Assembly (NCBI GenBank): GCA_002716355.1
Contig: PBAU01000010.1
Location: 47,208 to 111,207 of the forward strand
Direction: 5' to 3'
DNA: 64,000 bases
DNA from: a bacterium
Lineage (GTDB): Bacteria; UBP7; UBA6624
Shown here: positions 1 through 10,682 of the stretch, in pieces
Layout: every line of letters starts with the position of its first letter
Numbering within the stretch: position 1 is the first letter of the stretch
Translations under genes and position numbers: made by a program
Notes under the pieces: model-generated
What the model was told of the DNA's origin: nothing
Database searches by the model: none
The model's input: only the letters and a program-made list of their open reading frames with translations

Positions 1-672
1 ATTCTTCCAAGTTTCATAATCTGGCAAGCTTCCAGAAAAAACCAAAACATTAGCAGCTTCTTTTGTTTGCTTGATGCAAAGATTGCCAAACTCAGCAATT
101 ATCAAATCACAAACATCCAAACATTTTTTATTCTTACCAGAAAGGTTAACCATTAACCTTCCATTTGGAGCAATTTGCTTTTTGATACTTTTCCATGTTT
201 GAGGATTTTGTAAACTTGAAAGAAAAGAACCATCTAAAAACAAATCAACAATAATCAAAGAATAAGAACCTGAATTAAAAAAACTCTCAGATAGAGCATT
301 ATCTATATTGATTTTTACATTTTCTTCATCAGCTAATCCAAAAAAGCATCTAGCAATATCAACCAGATCTGGATCAATCTCCCAGCAATTTAATTTTAAA
401 TATGGCCAATATTTCCTATACAGATACACTGTAGTTGCCCCACCTAAACCCAAAATAGCAATTTTGCCTTTTCCTATAATTGGAGGCATTATGCAAAAAT
501 CATCCCAATAAGATTCAGTGCTAATCATCCCGTGCTTGTATATCGAATGAATATTGGAACTTTTATCTAGATAAAGAAGATTTGTACCATCCTTTTCCTG
601 AACGACTTTAATATCATTAAAATCGTTCTTTCTTCTCAGTAAAACTTTATCTCTTTTCCAGGGCCAGAACAT
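1..672 (-). CDS. Class I SAM-dependent methyltransferase, spermidine-synthase-like (C-terminus runs off the window start)
   Basis: Not in the ORF track because it is open to the window edge. Manual reverse translation is stop-free from ATG at 672 to nt 1: MFWPWKRDKV...GKIAILGLGGATTVYLYRKYWPYLKLNCWEIDPDLVDIARCFF...YSLIIVDLF. It has a G-x-G-G nucleotide-binding motif, then E-I-D and hhhhD, as in spermidine-synthase-like methyltransferases. The start overlaps the hflX 3' end and is uncertain. Confidence 0.5.
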   Translation of the reverse strand, partial: MFWPWKRDKVLLRRKNDFNDIKVVQEKDGTNLLYLDKSSNIHSIYKHGMISTESYWDDFCIMPPIIGKGKIAILGLGGATTVYLYRKYWPYLKLNCWEIDPDLVDIARCFFGLADEENVKINIDNALSESFFNSGSYSLIIVDLFLDGSFLSSLQNPQTWKSIKKQIAPNGRLMVNLSGKNKKCLDVCDLIIAEFGNLCIKQTKEAANVLVFSGSLPDYETWKN

Positions 673-1900
673 AATTCTTGAAATAGCTTAATAAATTTTC
701 TGAAATAACAATTGTGTAAACCATGCCATCATTTTTTAATTCTTGATCCAGAATATAACATTCAGCATGAATGATTTTGAACAAATCATCTCTATCAAAT
801 GGAACAAATACTCTTATTTTTTCGCGTCTATTCATTATCCATTTTTCCAAGTTATCAAAAATTTGACTTAATCCATATTTTGTTTTTGCAGACATATAGT
901 GAACATTATCACCCTTAATGATCTTCAATATCGAATCATCCTTCACAAGATCAACCTTATTGAAAAGATACCATTTTTCTTTATTTGAAACATTTAAATC
1001 TTCTAATATTTGATTTGTAACCTGTATTTGCGATTGAATATCCTCTCTAGAAGAGTCAACAACATGCCAAATCAAATCGGCTTCATTCAACTCTGAAAGA
1101 GTGGATCTAAAACTAGCAACTAAGCTTGGTGGTAAGTTTTTAATAAATCCAACAGTATCACTCAATAAAATCTTCTGATTTAATATTTTAAAAATTTTAC
1201 TTGTTGAATCCAAGGTTGAAAAAAGTCGATCTTCTGATAGGACACCGGCACTTGTCGCTAAATTCATAAAAGTAGATTTTCCAGCATTTGTATAACCTAC
1301 CAAGGCTACCTTTATAAGGTTTTTTCTTGACTTTCTTCTTTCCACTCCCAACTTCTCTATATTCGTCAACTTTTTATCCAATACTGAAATTCTTTTTCTT
1401 ATCTGTCTTTTATCTGATTCAAGTTGTGTTTCTCCAGGGCCTCTAACACCTATACCACCTGCCTGTCTAGATAAATGTGTCCACATTCTTGTCAGTCTCG
1501 GTAAAGTATAGCTCAACTGTGCTCTTTCAACTTGAATTTTAGATTCTGCAGTTCTTGCATTTTGAGAAAATAAATCAAGTATCAATTTTGTCCTATCTAT
1601 AACCTTGCATGTAACATACTTTTCTATGCTTAAAATATTTCTCAAATTTAGCGATTCTGAAAAAACCACAAAGTCAGAATTAGAAGACTTTACTAATCTT
1701 TGAATTTTTTGCAATTGACCTTTTCCCAGAAAAGGCCTTTTGTTTGGAATATTAAAAATTAAAGATTCAACAATTTCTCCACCTACAGAATTAACAAGAT
1801 TGGAAATCTCTTCAATCTCCAAGTTTCCTTCAATCTTGTTTGGCCTTCTGTTTACCAAGACAGAAATTCCCCTCTCTATTTTTTTATTTTTATTGAACAA
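647..1900 (-). CDS. hflX: GTPase HflX
   Basis: 417 aa. HflX-type N-terminal domain, then G1 GYTNAGKST, G3 DTVGF and G4 NKVD. The start is TTG at 1900. Confidence 0.9.
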   Translation of the reverse strand: MFNKNKKIERGISVLVNRRPNKIEGNLEIEEISNLVNSVGGEIVESLIFNIPNKRPFLGKGQLQKIQRLVKSSNSDFVVFSESLNLRNILSIEKYVTCKVIDRTKLILDLFSQNARTAESKIQVERAQLSYTLPRLTRMWTHLSRQAGGIGVRGPGETQLESDKRQIRKRISVLDKKLTNIEKLGVERRKSRKNLIKVALVGYTNAGKSTFMNLATSAGVLSEDRLFSTLDSTSKIFKILNQKILLSDTVGFIKNLPPSLVASFRSTLSELNEADLIWHVVDSSREDIQSQIQVTNQILEDLNVSNKEKWYLFNKVDLVKDDSILKIIKGDNVHYMSAKTKYGLSQIFDNLEKWIMNRREKIRVFVPFDRDDLFKIIHAECYILDQELKNDGMVYTIVISENLLSYFKNYVLALEKR

Positions 1901-1918
1901 TGGTTTAAACTATATCTT

Positions 1919-2392
1919 ATGTCCTATATACGTGAACTTGCAAAAGAACTAATTGAAGTTGATTTGCCAATTGCAACAAATCCTGTTGCGTCATATAAAT
2001 CTATTCAAATCTCTTCGAAAGGAATGCTTTTTGTCAGCGGTCAGCTGCCTATGAAAGATGGTGAATTAATGCTAAGTGGAATAGTTGGAGAAGATCTGTC
2101 AATAGAAGAAGGTGAAATATGCGCAAGACAGTGTGCAATTAACATCCTTTCTCAATTAGATAAATACATTGATGAGAATGGTGGCAGAGTCTCAAAAATC
2201 CTGCAGCTTACTGGATTTGTTGCATGCAATAAAACATTTATAAATCATCCGCAGGTTATAAATGGTGCAAGTGATTTTCTTAATAATGTATTAGGGGATG
2301 CTGGCCAGCATAGCAGACAAGCTGTTGGCGTACCATCGTTACCATTAAATGCCCCTGTAGAAATCTCTGCAATTGTTGAAATAAACGCTTAG
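1919..2392 (+). CDS. RidA/YjgF-family protein
   Basis: 157 aa. YjgF/UK114-like pattern (LFVSGQLP...GEDLSIEEGE...RQAVGV). Confidence 0.75.
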   Translation: MSYIRELAKELIEVDLPIATNPVASYKSIQISSKGMLFVSGQLPMKDGELMLSGIVGEDLSIEEGEICARQCAINILSQLDKYIDENGGRVSKILQLTGFVACNKTFINHPQVINGASDFLNNVLGDAGQHSRQAVGVPSLPLNAPVEISAIVEINA

Positions 2393-3774
2393 TGACAAAA
2401 GTAAGAGTCAGGTTCGCACCCTCCCCTTCGGGAAATTTACATTTAGGAAATGCTAGGACTGCATTGTTTAATTGGCTTTTTGCAAAATCTAATAATGGAA
2501 AATTTATCTTGAGGATAGAAGACACAGATGCTGAAAGATCTTCAGAAAAACACTCTGAAGCTTTAATGAACATACTTGAATGGCTTGATTTAAAACCAGA
2601 TGAAAGCCCGAGGTACGGTGGCAACTATAAACCTTACAAGCAATCTGAAAGAAACCATATATACAGTGAAATTATAAAAAAAATGATTCATGAAAAAAAA
2701 GCATTTTGGTCTCCGGCTGAAATGGGAAAAGTAAAAAGGTTTGATGAAGAATGGAGAGATGCAAATTTGTCAAAAGAGGAAGCTGAAAAAATTGGACCTT
2801 CAGCATTAAGGTTTAAATCAGCTAAAGCAGACAAGGTTGAAATTAATGATTTGCTTAAAGGGAATATCAAAGTTAACACAAAACAAATTGGTGATTTTGT
2901 AATATCAAGAAACGACATGAGGCCACTGTACAATTTTGCATGCGTTATTGATGATCACTCTATGGAGATAAGCCACGTAATAAGAGGAGAAGATCATTTG
3001 ACAAATACAGCAAAACAAATACAGTTATACAAAACTCTTGGATGGAAGATTCCAGAATTCATACATCTGCCATTAGTTATGGGTCCCGATGGATCTCCTT
3101 TGTCTAAAAGGCATGGAGATGTTTCTGTTGAAAAATTCAAAGAACAAGGATTTCTACCTGAATCAATAATAAATGCTTTAGCAATGCTTGGATGGGGCCC
3201 AGGTGACGACAGGGAAATATTTTCAAAGGGAGAAATTTCTAAATTATTTAAAATTAAAAAACTAAACACATCACCTTCTAAATTTTTCCCAAAAAAACTT
3301 AATTGGTTCAATGGGCAACATATAAGAAGGCTTAAAAAAGAAAAACTTCAAAGTATCATTGCTAAAAAACTAGAAGGAAATGGTATAAAAGCTCAAGAAG
3401 AAACCATTCTTGATTTGATTGACATCACACAAGAAAGGTTAAGAAGTCTTAATGACATCATTCCTATGATTGGTTTTTTCTTCAAAAGCCCAGAAACCAA
3501 CAAAACAAAAGACAGCTTGAAAAACTTTGATGCAAACTCTTTTATGAGGCTTCAGCAGTTAATTGAAGAAATAAATGAAATAGACAAATGGACAGAAAAG
3601 GAAATTGAAACAAAACTAGAGGGCTGGAGGTTAGAAAAAAACTATCACCCAAAAGAAATCTGGCAACCTTTGAGAATAGCTGTCTCTGGCGGGAAAGTTT
3701 CTCCTCCAATTTTTGAAACGCTTTATTTCTTAGGAAAAAAAGAAACGATTACAAGAATAAAAAAAGTTATCTAA
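2392..3774 (+). CDS. gltX: Glutamate--tRNA ligase
   Basis: 460 aa. RFAPSPSGNLHLGNARTALFNW (HIGH-type motif), PLSKRHG (KMSKS-type) and a class I GluRS layout. GTG start. Confidence 0.92.
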   Translation: MTKVRVRFAPSPSGNLHLGNARTALFNWLFAKSNNGKFILRIEDTDAERSSEKHSEALMNILEWLDLKPDESPRYGGNYKPYKQSERNHIYSEIIKKMIHEKKAFWSPAEMGKVKRFDEEWRDANLSKEEAEKIGPSALRFKSAKADKVEINDLLKGNIKVNTKQIGDFVISRNDMRPLYNFACVIDDHSMEISHVIRGEDHLTNTAKQIQLYKTLGWKIPEFIHLPLVMGPDGSPLSKRHGDVSVEKFKEQGFLPESIINALAMLGWGPGDDREIFSKGEISKLFKIKKLNTSPSKFFPKKLNWFNGQHIRRLKKEKLQSIIAKKLEGNGIKAQEETILDLIDITQERLRSLNDIIPMIGFFFKSPETNKTKDSLKNFDANSFMRLQQLIEEINEIDKWTEKEIETKLEGWRLEKNYHPKEIWQPLRIAVSGGKVSPPIFETLYFLGKKETITRIKKVI

Positions 3775-5671
3775 CTTTTTGAGCTAAATATTTCGCAATC
3801 AAAGCTAAGCAAATAAATCCAATCCAAGGTCCAACTGAACCTAATGCTATTACTGGAATACTAATTTTAGAAACTATAACGCCCGCAAGAATGATTCCCA
3901 TCAAAGCCTCTCCTGTTATCAAGCCACTACAGACAAGAATACCTTGCCTGCTTGTATCTTTCTTTTTTCCATAATGCAAATAATGTCTTAAGTACCCACC
4001 AAGAAATATAGGGACCGCAAGCTCTATTGGAAGATAGATACCCACAGCAACTGCTAAAACAGGAGCCCTGAACGAGCTTCCCGCTCTTTCTAATCTTTTA
4101 TCCCAAAGAATTATCAAAACCCCTATAGCAATACCTATAAAAACCAAATTCCAAGGAAGTGTTGAATTCTCCCCAAGTATCCCATCAGCAACAGAAGCCA
4201 TCAAGCCTGCTTGCGGTGCTGCTAGAAAATTCCCTTGAGCCTCTACCGGCAAGTGCAGATCGGAACCTATACCATAAGCATTATGAAGCAAAGATAAAAC
4301 AGGCGTTATGACTAAGGCAGCAACAACAACACCTAAAATCTCCATAACCTCTTGTTTCCATGGTGTTGCATTGATGATGTTTCCACATTTTAAATCTTGA
4401 AGGATATCTGAACCTATGGAGGCAGCACAACAAACTATACTGCCAACAAATATTGCAGCAGCTGGACCAATCGAACCTTTACCCATGAAAAGCAAAACAA
4501 ATGATGTAAATAAAAGTGTTGCGATTGTTATTCCGCTTATTGGGTTATTGCTTGAGCCTACAAGACCACCCATATAACCTGCAACTGAAGAAAAAAGAAA
4601 GCCTGCTAAAACCATAATTATCCCCATTGCTAGGGCTATATTGAGATCGCTTATAACATGGTTGTAATAAAGAACTATTGGAATCAATAATAAAAAAATT
4701 CCTCCAAGGACAAAAGGCATAGGGATATTCCTTTCTTCTCTTGGTAAATCTTTTTGCCCAATACCCATTTTTCTATAAGCTTCCATTCCGCTTTTGATTC
4801 CATCTAAAACGGGCTTCCAAACCTTCAAAAGTGCATAAATTCCACCAACAGCCATTGCTCCAACGCCTAAATATCTGATCTTCTTGCTCCATATCAAATA
4901 AGCACCATCAACAGGTGAATTTTGAACAATTGAGTTTATTGAATCTCCACCTATAAGTTCATTTCCATTTAAGTAAACATATAAAGGCAAACCTATTATC
5001 CATGCTATACAGCCACCTAAAAAAACTAATATTCCTATATTTTTACCAACTATATAACCAACACCTAAAAGAGCTGGTGATAAATTTGTTCCGATGTAGC
5101 CAAGCCATTTTCCACCTAGAAACTTAGCTCCTTCAAGAGCTTCACCCCAGGCCTTAAATCCTGACTGGAAAAACTTAAACAAACCACCAATCAATGCACT
5201 TTGGCCAATTAAAGATGCACCGGCACCACCCTTTTCACCTTCCTTTAAAACTTCAGCGGTTGCAAGGCCTTCAGGAAAGGTTAATTCCTTGCTATCTACA
5301 ATGAAAGCCCTTCTCAGAGGAATACAAAAAAGTATACCCAAAATACCTCCTAAACCTGCAATCAAAGAAACTTCCCAAAAAGAAAAATCAGTCCAATGTC
5401 CAAGCAGTATCAAAGCAGGAATTGTAAAAATAACACCAGCAGCCAAAGACTCTCCTGCACTTGCTGCTGTTTGAACCATATTGTTTTCAAAAATATTATT
5501 TCCTTTTTTCCTACCAGCAAAACATGCCAATACACCCATTGAAATAACAGCAGCGGGGATGCTTGCACTCACAGTCATACCTGCCTTTAAACCCAGATAA
5601 GCATTTGCACCGGCAAGAGCTGCAGTTATAAATATTGATAAAACTATAGACCTTAAAGTAATCTCCTTCAT
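3767..5671 (-). CDS. OPT-family oligopeptide transporter
   Basis: 634-aa polytopic membrane protein. The N-terminus LGLKAGMTVSASIPAAVISM is typical of bacterial OPT-superfamily transporters. Confidence 0.78.
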   Translation of the reverse strand: MKEITLRSIVLSIFITAALAGANAYLGLKAGMTVSASIPAAVISMGVLACFAGRKKGNNIFENNMVQTAASAGESLAAGVIFTIPALILLGHWTDFSFWEVSLIAGLGGILGILFCIPLRRAFIVDSKELTFPEGLATAEVLKEGEKGGAGASLIGQSALIGGLFKFFQSGFKAWGEALEGAKFLGGKWLGYIGTNLSPALLGVGYIVGKNIGILVFLGGCIAWIIGLPLYVYLNGNELIGGDSINSIVQNSPVDGAYLIWSKKIRYLGVGAMAVGGIYALLKVWKPVLDGIKSGMEAYRKMGIGQKDLPREERNIPMPFVLGGIFLLLIPIVLYYNHVISDLNIALAMGIIMVLAGFLFSSVAGYMGGLVGSSNNPISGITIATLLFTSFVLLFMGKGSIGPAAAIFVGSIVCCAASIGSDILQDLKCGNIINATPWKQEVMEILGVVVAALVITPVLSLLHNAYGIGSDLHLPVEAQGNFLAAPQAGLMASVADGILGENSTLPWNLVFIGIAIGVLIILWDKRLERAGSSFRAPVLAVAVGIYLPIELAVPIFLGGYLRHYLHYGKKKDTSRQGILVCSGLITGEALMGIILAGVIVSKISIPVIALGSVGPWIGFICLALIAKYLAQKVR

Positions 5672-5961
5672 GAAAATCCTCCATTTTTAAATTCTGAAAT
5701 AGACCCATAAACATTATCTCCGATATTGACATTGCACAAATCTGAACTCCCTTCAATTGAACCAACCCGCCATAAGATAGCTCCATCTGGCTTGATATCC
5801 ATTATAGGAATTGGATTATGAAAAAACTTTTCACCAATCTTGAAAAAAACAAGCTTACCTGTGCTGAAAGATCTTAACCAGGGGGCATGAGTATAAAGAA
5901 CAACGTCTTTATTTGAGACAGGTTCGATACCAACAATCTCAATAAATCCATTTTTCTTCAT
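5668..5961 (-). CDS. Hypothetical small protein (97 aa)
   Basis: Its ORF shares 4-nt start/stop overlaps with carB upstream and the OPT gene downstream, which suggests translational coupling. No recognisable motif. Confidence 0.5.
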   Translation of the reverse strand: MKKNGFIEIVGIEPVSNKDVVLYTHAPWLRSFSTGKLVFFKIGEKFFHNPIPIMDIKPDGAILWRVGSIEGSSDLCNVNIGDNVYGSISEFKNGGFS

Positions 5962-8900
5962 ATGGAATCCTGAAGTGCCCTAACAGGAAAAACTTTATCC
6001 TCATTGCTCCAAAACTCTAAAGTCTCCACAAAAGCTTCTGCAGATTCAAGATTCGTAAACAAAGGAACCTCATTTCTAACACTTGCTGCCCTAATCCTCA
6101 TGCCATCTGTTTCAGCTTCGCTGTTTCCTGAAACAGAATTAACAACAAAAGAAATACGCTCATCAGATAATAAATTTAATAAATTTGGAGTACCTTCGTG
6201 AATTTTTCTTATAGGGAAAGCTTCTATTGATTTGGCTTCAAAGAAGTCATATGTTCCAGATGTCGCATAAATCTCATAACCTAACTTTTTAATTCTTTTT
6301 GCAAGCTTTGCAGCAAAAGGCTTGTCTCTGTCATCGACCGTTATTAAAACAGCACCTTTTCTAATTTTAGAATTGTTAAAACCTAGAGATGTCCAGGTTT
6401 TAGAAAAAACCTCAGTCAAAGATTTTCCGAAACTCATGATTTCTCCAGTCGACTTCATTTCAGGACCTAAGCCAACCTCAACACCTAAAAGTTTATTAAA
6501 TGAAAAAACTGGAGCCTTCAAGGTGTTGCACTTTGGTTTTGGGCCCAAGCCTATTGGAACACCTTGATCTTTGATACTTTGACCAAGCATAACTTTTGTT
6601 GCAACTTTTGCCATTGATATGCCAGTTGCTTTTGCCAAAAATGGAACAGTTCTACTTGCTCTTGGATTGACCTCAAGAACATAAATTGAACCTTCTGACA
6701 TGATGTACTGTATATTCAACATTCCTATACATTCAAGACCAAAAGCAATCTTCCTACCAATCTCAACAATTTCATTAATCGTTTTTTCATCAAGTGAAAA
6801 AGACGGAAAAACAGCCATTGAATCACCTGAATGAACGCCAGCTCTTTCAATATGCTCCATAACACCAGGAACATAAATATCAGTACCATCACAAACCAGA
6901 TCAATCTCTAATTCTTTACCTAAAATATACTCATCTATTAATATTGGATTTTTTCCATCAACCTGTTCATAAGCATCTTTGACAGCAACAATAACATCCT
7001 CTTTTGTATAAGCTATGGTCATTGCCCTTCCACCAAGAACAAAAGATGGTCTAACCAATACAGGAAAGCTTAAGACTTCAATTAGCTCTTCTAGATCCTC
7101 GGGACCATCAACAGTATATCCTTTTGGCATATTGACATCTAATTCAGACAACAATCTATCAATTTTTTTTCTATCTTCTGCAATATCTATACCTGAAAGA
7201 GGTGTTCCCAATAAATTAACACCATTTTTTTCAAGTTGATTAGCCATATTTATACTTGTCTGTCCTCCAAACTGCACAATTACACCTTTTGCATCTATGT
7301 CATCTACCACCTTTAATACATCCTCATGATTTAAAGGCTCAAAAAATAACTGATCAGAAAAATCAAAATCAGTTGAAACTGTTTCTGGGTTATTGTTGAT
7401 CATCACAGCCTCATGACCACTTTCACGAATGGCCTGTAAAGCATGAACACAACAACAGTCAAACTCAATACCCTGACCAATTCTTATAGGTCCACCACCA
7501 ACAACAACTATAGGTGATTTTGTTTTTTCAGATTCGCTATCTTCACCATCTGTACCATAATAATATCTTGTAAAGGATTCAAATTCACTGGCACAGGTGT
7601 CAACCATCCTAAAAGATCTTTTATCTCTTGATTTTTTAGATGTTTCCTCTCCTGAATAATGGGTGTAAAAGTCAATATCATCTCTGTCAAAAAATTCTTG
7701 CAATTGCTCTTCGGTGCCGAGCTCTCCAAGAAAAACAAGACGAAGCAATTCTTTAAGCTCTTCTATGAAAAAAGAGTTCCAACCAGAAATAGAACAAATT
7801 TCCTCGGTTTCCCAACCCCTAAATATAGACTCAAAAATTGCATAAATTCTTTGGTCCGTTGGAGTTTTCAATAAAGACTTAATAAAATCATCTTCCTTGT
7901 CAGCAAAAGGAAATAATTTTTTCCCAGGCATTTCAAGGGAGCCTAAAGCCTTTATGAAGGATTCTTTAAAATTTCTACCTATAGACATAACTTCACCAGT
8001 AGCCTTCATTTGAACGCCAAGCTCCCTGTTAGCCTTTGGAAATTTGTCAAATGGCCATCTAGGTATTTTTGTTACTATGTAATCAAGAGCTGGCTCAAAA
8101 CAAGCAGTTGTAGTTCCTGTAACCTTATTTCTTATTTCCGGTAAAGTTTTTCCAGAAGCAATAAGTGCTGCAACCCTGGCAATAGGATATCCTGTTGCCT
8201 TGCTTGCAAGTGCTGAAGATCTGCTGACCCTAGGATTAACTTCTATAACTATATATTCACCATCTTCATTAAGAGCAAATTGAACATTGCAGCCACCCTT
8301 GATGTCAAGACTGTCAATAATCTTCAAGCTTGACGTTCTTAGCTTGTGATATTCTTTATCTGTTAATGTTTGACTTGGTGCAACAACTATTGAATCGCCA
8401 GTGTGAACCCCCATTGGGTCAAGATTTTCCATATTGCAAACAGTAATGCAGTTACCTGCTCCATCTCTCATAACCTCATACTCAAGCTCTTTCCAACCAT
8501 AAATCGATTTTTCCAAAAGAACCTCGGTAACCGGAGACATCTGTAAACCATTTTTTACAATCTCAATAAAGCTCGAAACATCATTTGCAAAACCACCGCC
8601 AGAACCACCAAGGGTATATGCTGGTCTTATCACAAGAGGAAGACCCATTTTCTTCAAAAAATCTTCAGCTTCATCAAGATTTCTAACAACTCTGCTCTCT
8701 AAAACCGGTTCGCCAATTTGATTCATTAAATCTTTGAAAGAACCTCTATCTTCAGCCATTTGTATAGACTCCAAAGAAGTGCCTAGCAATTTAACATTAT
8801 GTTTTTCAAGTGCTCCACTTTTACCCAACTGAACAGCTAGATTTAATCCTGTCTGTCCACCTAGGGTTGCTAATAAACCTTCTGGCTTTTCTTTTTTAAT

Positions 8901-9110
8901 TATTTCAACTAAAGTTTCCAGAACCAAGGGTTCAAGGTATGTTCTGTCAGCAAAATCAACATCAGTCATTATTGTGGCGGGATTATTGTTAACCAAAACA
9001 ATTTCATGCCCTTCTTCTTTTAACGCTCTACAAGCTTGAGAACCAGAGTAATCAAATTCAGCGGCTTGACCAATAACTATTGGGCCACTGCCTATAACAA
9101 GTATTTTCAT
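5958..9110 (-). CDS. carB: Carbamoyl-phosphate synthase large subunit
   Basis: 1050 aa. Duplicated ATP-grasp halves (MKILVIGSGPIVIGQAAEFDYSG... and IVVVGGGPIRIGQGIEFDCC...) and a C-terminal MGS-like domain. Confidence 0.96.
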   Translation of the reverse strand: MKILVIGSGPIVIGQAAEFDYSGSQACRALKEEGHEIVLVNNNPATIMTDVDFADRTYLEPLVLETLVEIIKKEKPEGLLATLGGQTGLNLAVQLGKSGALEKHNVKLLGTSLESIQMAEDRGSFKDLMNQIGEPVLESRVVRNLDEAEDFLKKMGLPLVIRPAYTLGGSGGGFANDVSSFIEIVKNGLQMSPVTEVLLEKSIYGWKELEYEVMRDGAGNCITVCNMENLDPMGVHTGDSIVVAPSQTLTDKEYHKLRTSSLKIIDSLDIKGGCNVQFALNEDGEYIVIEVNPRVSRSSALASKATGYPIARVAALIASGKTLPEIRNKVTGTTTACFEPALDYIVTKIPRWPFDKFPKANRELGVQMKATGEVMSIGRNFKESFIKALGSLEMPGKKLFPFADKEDDFIKSLLKTPTDQRIYAIFESIFRGWETEEICSISGWNSFFIEELKELLRLVFLGELGTEEQLQEFFDRDDIDFYTHYSGEETSKKSRDKRSFRMVDTCASEFESFTRYYYGTDGEDSESEKTKSPIVVVGGGPIRIGQGIEFDCCCVHALQAIRESGHEAVMINNNPETVSTDFDFSDQLFFEPLNHEDVLKVVDDIDAKGVIVQFGGQTSINMANQLEKNGVNLLGTPLSGIDIAEDRKKIDRLLSELDVNMPKGYTVDGPEDLEELIEVLSFPVLVRPSFVLGGRAMTIAYTKEDVIVAVKDAYEQVDGKNPILIDEYILGKELEIDLVCDGTDIYVPGVMEHIERAGVHSGDSMAVFPSFSLDEKTINEIVEIGRKIAFGLECIGMLNIQYIMSEGSIYVLEVNPRASRTVPFLAKATGISMAKVATKVMLGQSIKDQGVPIGLGPKPKCNTLKAPVFSFNKLLGVEVGLGPEMKSTGEIMSFGKSLTEVFSKTWTSLGFNNSKIRKGAVLITVDDRDKPFAAKLAKRIKKLGYEIYATSGTYDFFEAKSIEAFPIRKIHEGTPNLLNLLSDERISFVVNSVSGNSEAETDGMRIRAASVRNEVPLFTNLESAEAFVETLEFWSNEDKVFPVRALQDSI

Positions 9111-9565
9111 TCTTTTAAAACCACCTTTCCTTTTTTTTCAATTGATCCCGAAAGAGTGTCAATCTCTATGCTCAATCCAATTCCTGAAATAAAAACATGA
9201 CCATAATCGATTTCAAAAGAAGAATCAGCATAAGCTTTACCCTCAAGGATATCCAAACTTAATGAATCTGCTGAAAGGTTGAAGCCTGAAGGCGAGCTCA
9301 TAAAAACATCACTCAGGAAAAACTCATTACTTTCTCGATCCCAGAATCCATCCGATGAATCAAGCTTCAAAACCCCTGCCCCTTTAGAAAAAACCATATC
9401 TATATTTTCCAAAAATAAAGCTTCATCTAAATTTTCCTGAAAACCTTCACCAGAAAGTTGCACTAAAGGATTGCCACTCTGGTCAGATATAGTTAAAGAT
9501 ATAGGACTACTAAAAAATGCACCTAAAAAAAGAAGGGGGAGGAGCCAATTTACACTCATAAGCAA
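9107..9565 (-). CDS. LptC-like LPS export protein (putative)
   Basis: 152 aa with an N-terminal hydrophobic anchor and a beta-rich body. It lies immediately downstream of kdsC, as in the kdsC-lptC arrangement of E. coli. The C-terminal part (ISGIGLSIEIDTLSGSIEKKGKVVL) resembles the LptC C-terminus. Confidence 0.45.
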   Translation of the reverse strand: MLMSVNWLLPLLFLGAFFSSPISLTISDQSGNPLVQLSGEGFQENLDEALFLENIDMVFSKGAGVLKLDSSDGFWDRESNEFFLSDVFMSSPSGFNLSADSLSLDILEGKAYADSSFEIDYGHVFISGIGLSIEIDTLSGSIEKKGKVVLKE

Positions 9566-10092
9566 TTTAAAAAAAGGTCAACAAGCTCTCTGAAAGCGCC
9601 CTCTCCCCCTCTCTTAGACAAAATAAAATCAGATTCTTTTTTCAGCAAAGCTTGAGAATCTGCAACACAGCAACCTAAGCCAGAACTCTGAATACATTCA
9701 AGGTCATTCAAATCATCACCAAGATAAACTACTTGAGAAAAATTTATTTTTTTCTCTTTTAAATAACTTGAAAGAATTTTTAATTTATCATCTACCCCAA
9801 GGCCGACTATATCCCAACCCAAATCCTTCACCCTTGCAACACTTGAACCATCTTTTCTGCCAGATAAGACAGCAACAGCCACACCTTTTTCAAGAAGCAG
9901 CTTCCCGCCATAACCATCATGTACATTAAATTGCTTCATGATCTCCAAGCCAGTGTAGTAAAGATTTCCATTTGTAAGCGTTCCGTCAATATCAGTAACG
10001 AAAAGTTTAATGTTGGATGCATCAATACTTAAAAATGGATTACTTTTTTTATTTTTTTCCGACAGGTTCCCTACATCGTCTTTGTATTGCAC
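9556..10092 (-). CDS. kdsC: KDO 8-phosphate phosphatase (HAD-IIIA)
   Basis: 178 aa. Motifs DIDGTLTNG, SGR and GDDLNDL; KdsC size and layout. Confidence 0.8.
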   Translation of the reverse strand: MQYKDDVGNLSEKNKKSNPFLSIDASNIKLFVTDIDGTLTNGNLYYTGLEIMKQFNVHDGYGGKLLLEKGVAVAVLSGRKDGSSVARVKDLGWDIVGLGVDDKLKILSSYLKEKKINFSQVVYLGDDLNDLECIQSSGLGCCVADSQALLKKESDFILSKRGGEGAFRELVDLFLNCL

Positions 10093-10682
10093 TAATCATC
10101 AATTCTAGAACGAAAACTTAATTTAAAGGCACGAAAAAACAATAAAAATAAACCGAGAAAAAGATAAGCCAAAGCTAATCCTGGGCCTTCTTTGGATACT
10201 GATTTGAAATAATAATGAAATGCAGAAAATGCAAAAGCTGGATAAATTAATTGGTGCAAATTCTTCCAATTCTTGACACCTATCTTTTTTATTAAATTGT
10301 TATTAGATGTAACTGCAAGAGGAATTAAACAAAAAAATGCAAAAAAACCATAAGCTATAAAAGGTCTTGTTTGGAAGTCCTCATAAACACCAAAGGATTC
10401 AATTTCAAAAAATAAATATACTAAAAAATGAAGCAAGGCGTAAAAGAAAGACGTTAAACCGAATATCCTTCTTGCAAACATAAAAAAAGGTTGTTTGAAG
10501 AATTTAACCAATGGAGTAATCATTAAAGTCAAAAGCAAGAACCTAATTGAGCTTTGACCTGAGTAATGCAATATGCTCTCAACTGGATTGATAAGATAAA
10601 AACTATTTAAAAATGGATAAACAAAACTAAAAATAATGATGGTCCAGCAAAAAAAAAGACATTTTTTTTTATTTAAAACCAT
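10092..10682 (-). CDS. msrQ: Protein-methionine-sulfoxide reductase haem-binding subunit MsrQ (YedZ)
   Basis: 196-aa, 5-6 TM ferric-reductase-like membrane protein with conserved His residues. It overlaps msrP and lies directly downstream of it. Confidence 0.75.
   Translation of the reverse strand: MVLNKKKCLFFCWTIIIFSFVYPFLNSFYLINPVESILHYSGQSSIRFLLLTLMITPLVKFFKQPFFMFARRIFGLTSFFYALLHFLVYLFFEIESFGVYEDFQTRPFIAYGFFAFFCLIPLAVTSNNNLIKKIGVKNWKNLHQLIYPAFAFSAFHYYFKSVSKEGPGLALAYLFLGLFLLFFRAFKLSFRSRIDD

Noticed and set aside
308-511. 67-aa + strand ORF from the track
   Set aside because: It lies antisense to a longer stop-free minus-strand frame with clear SAM-methyltransferase motifs. Its composition is typical of a shadow ORF.
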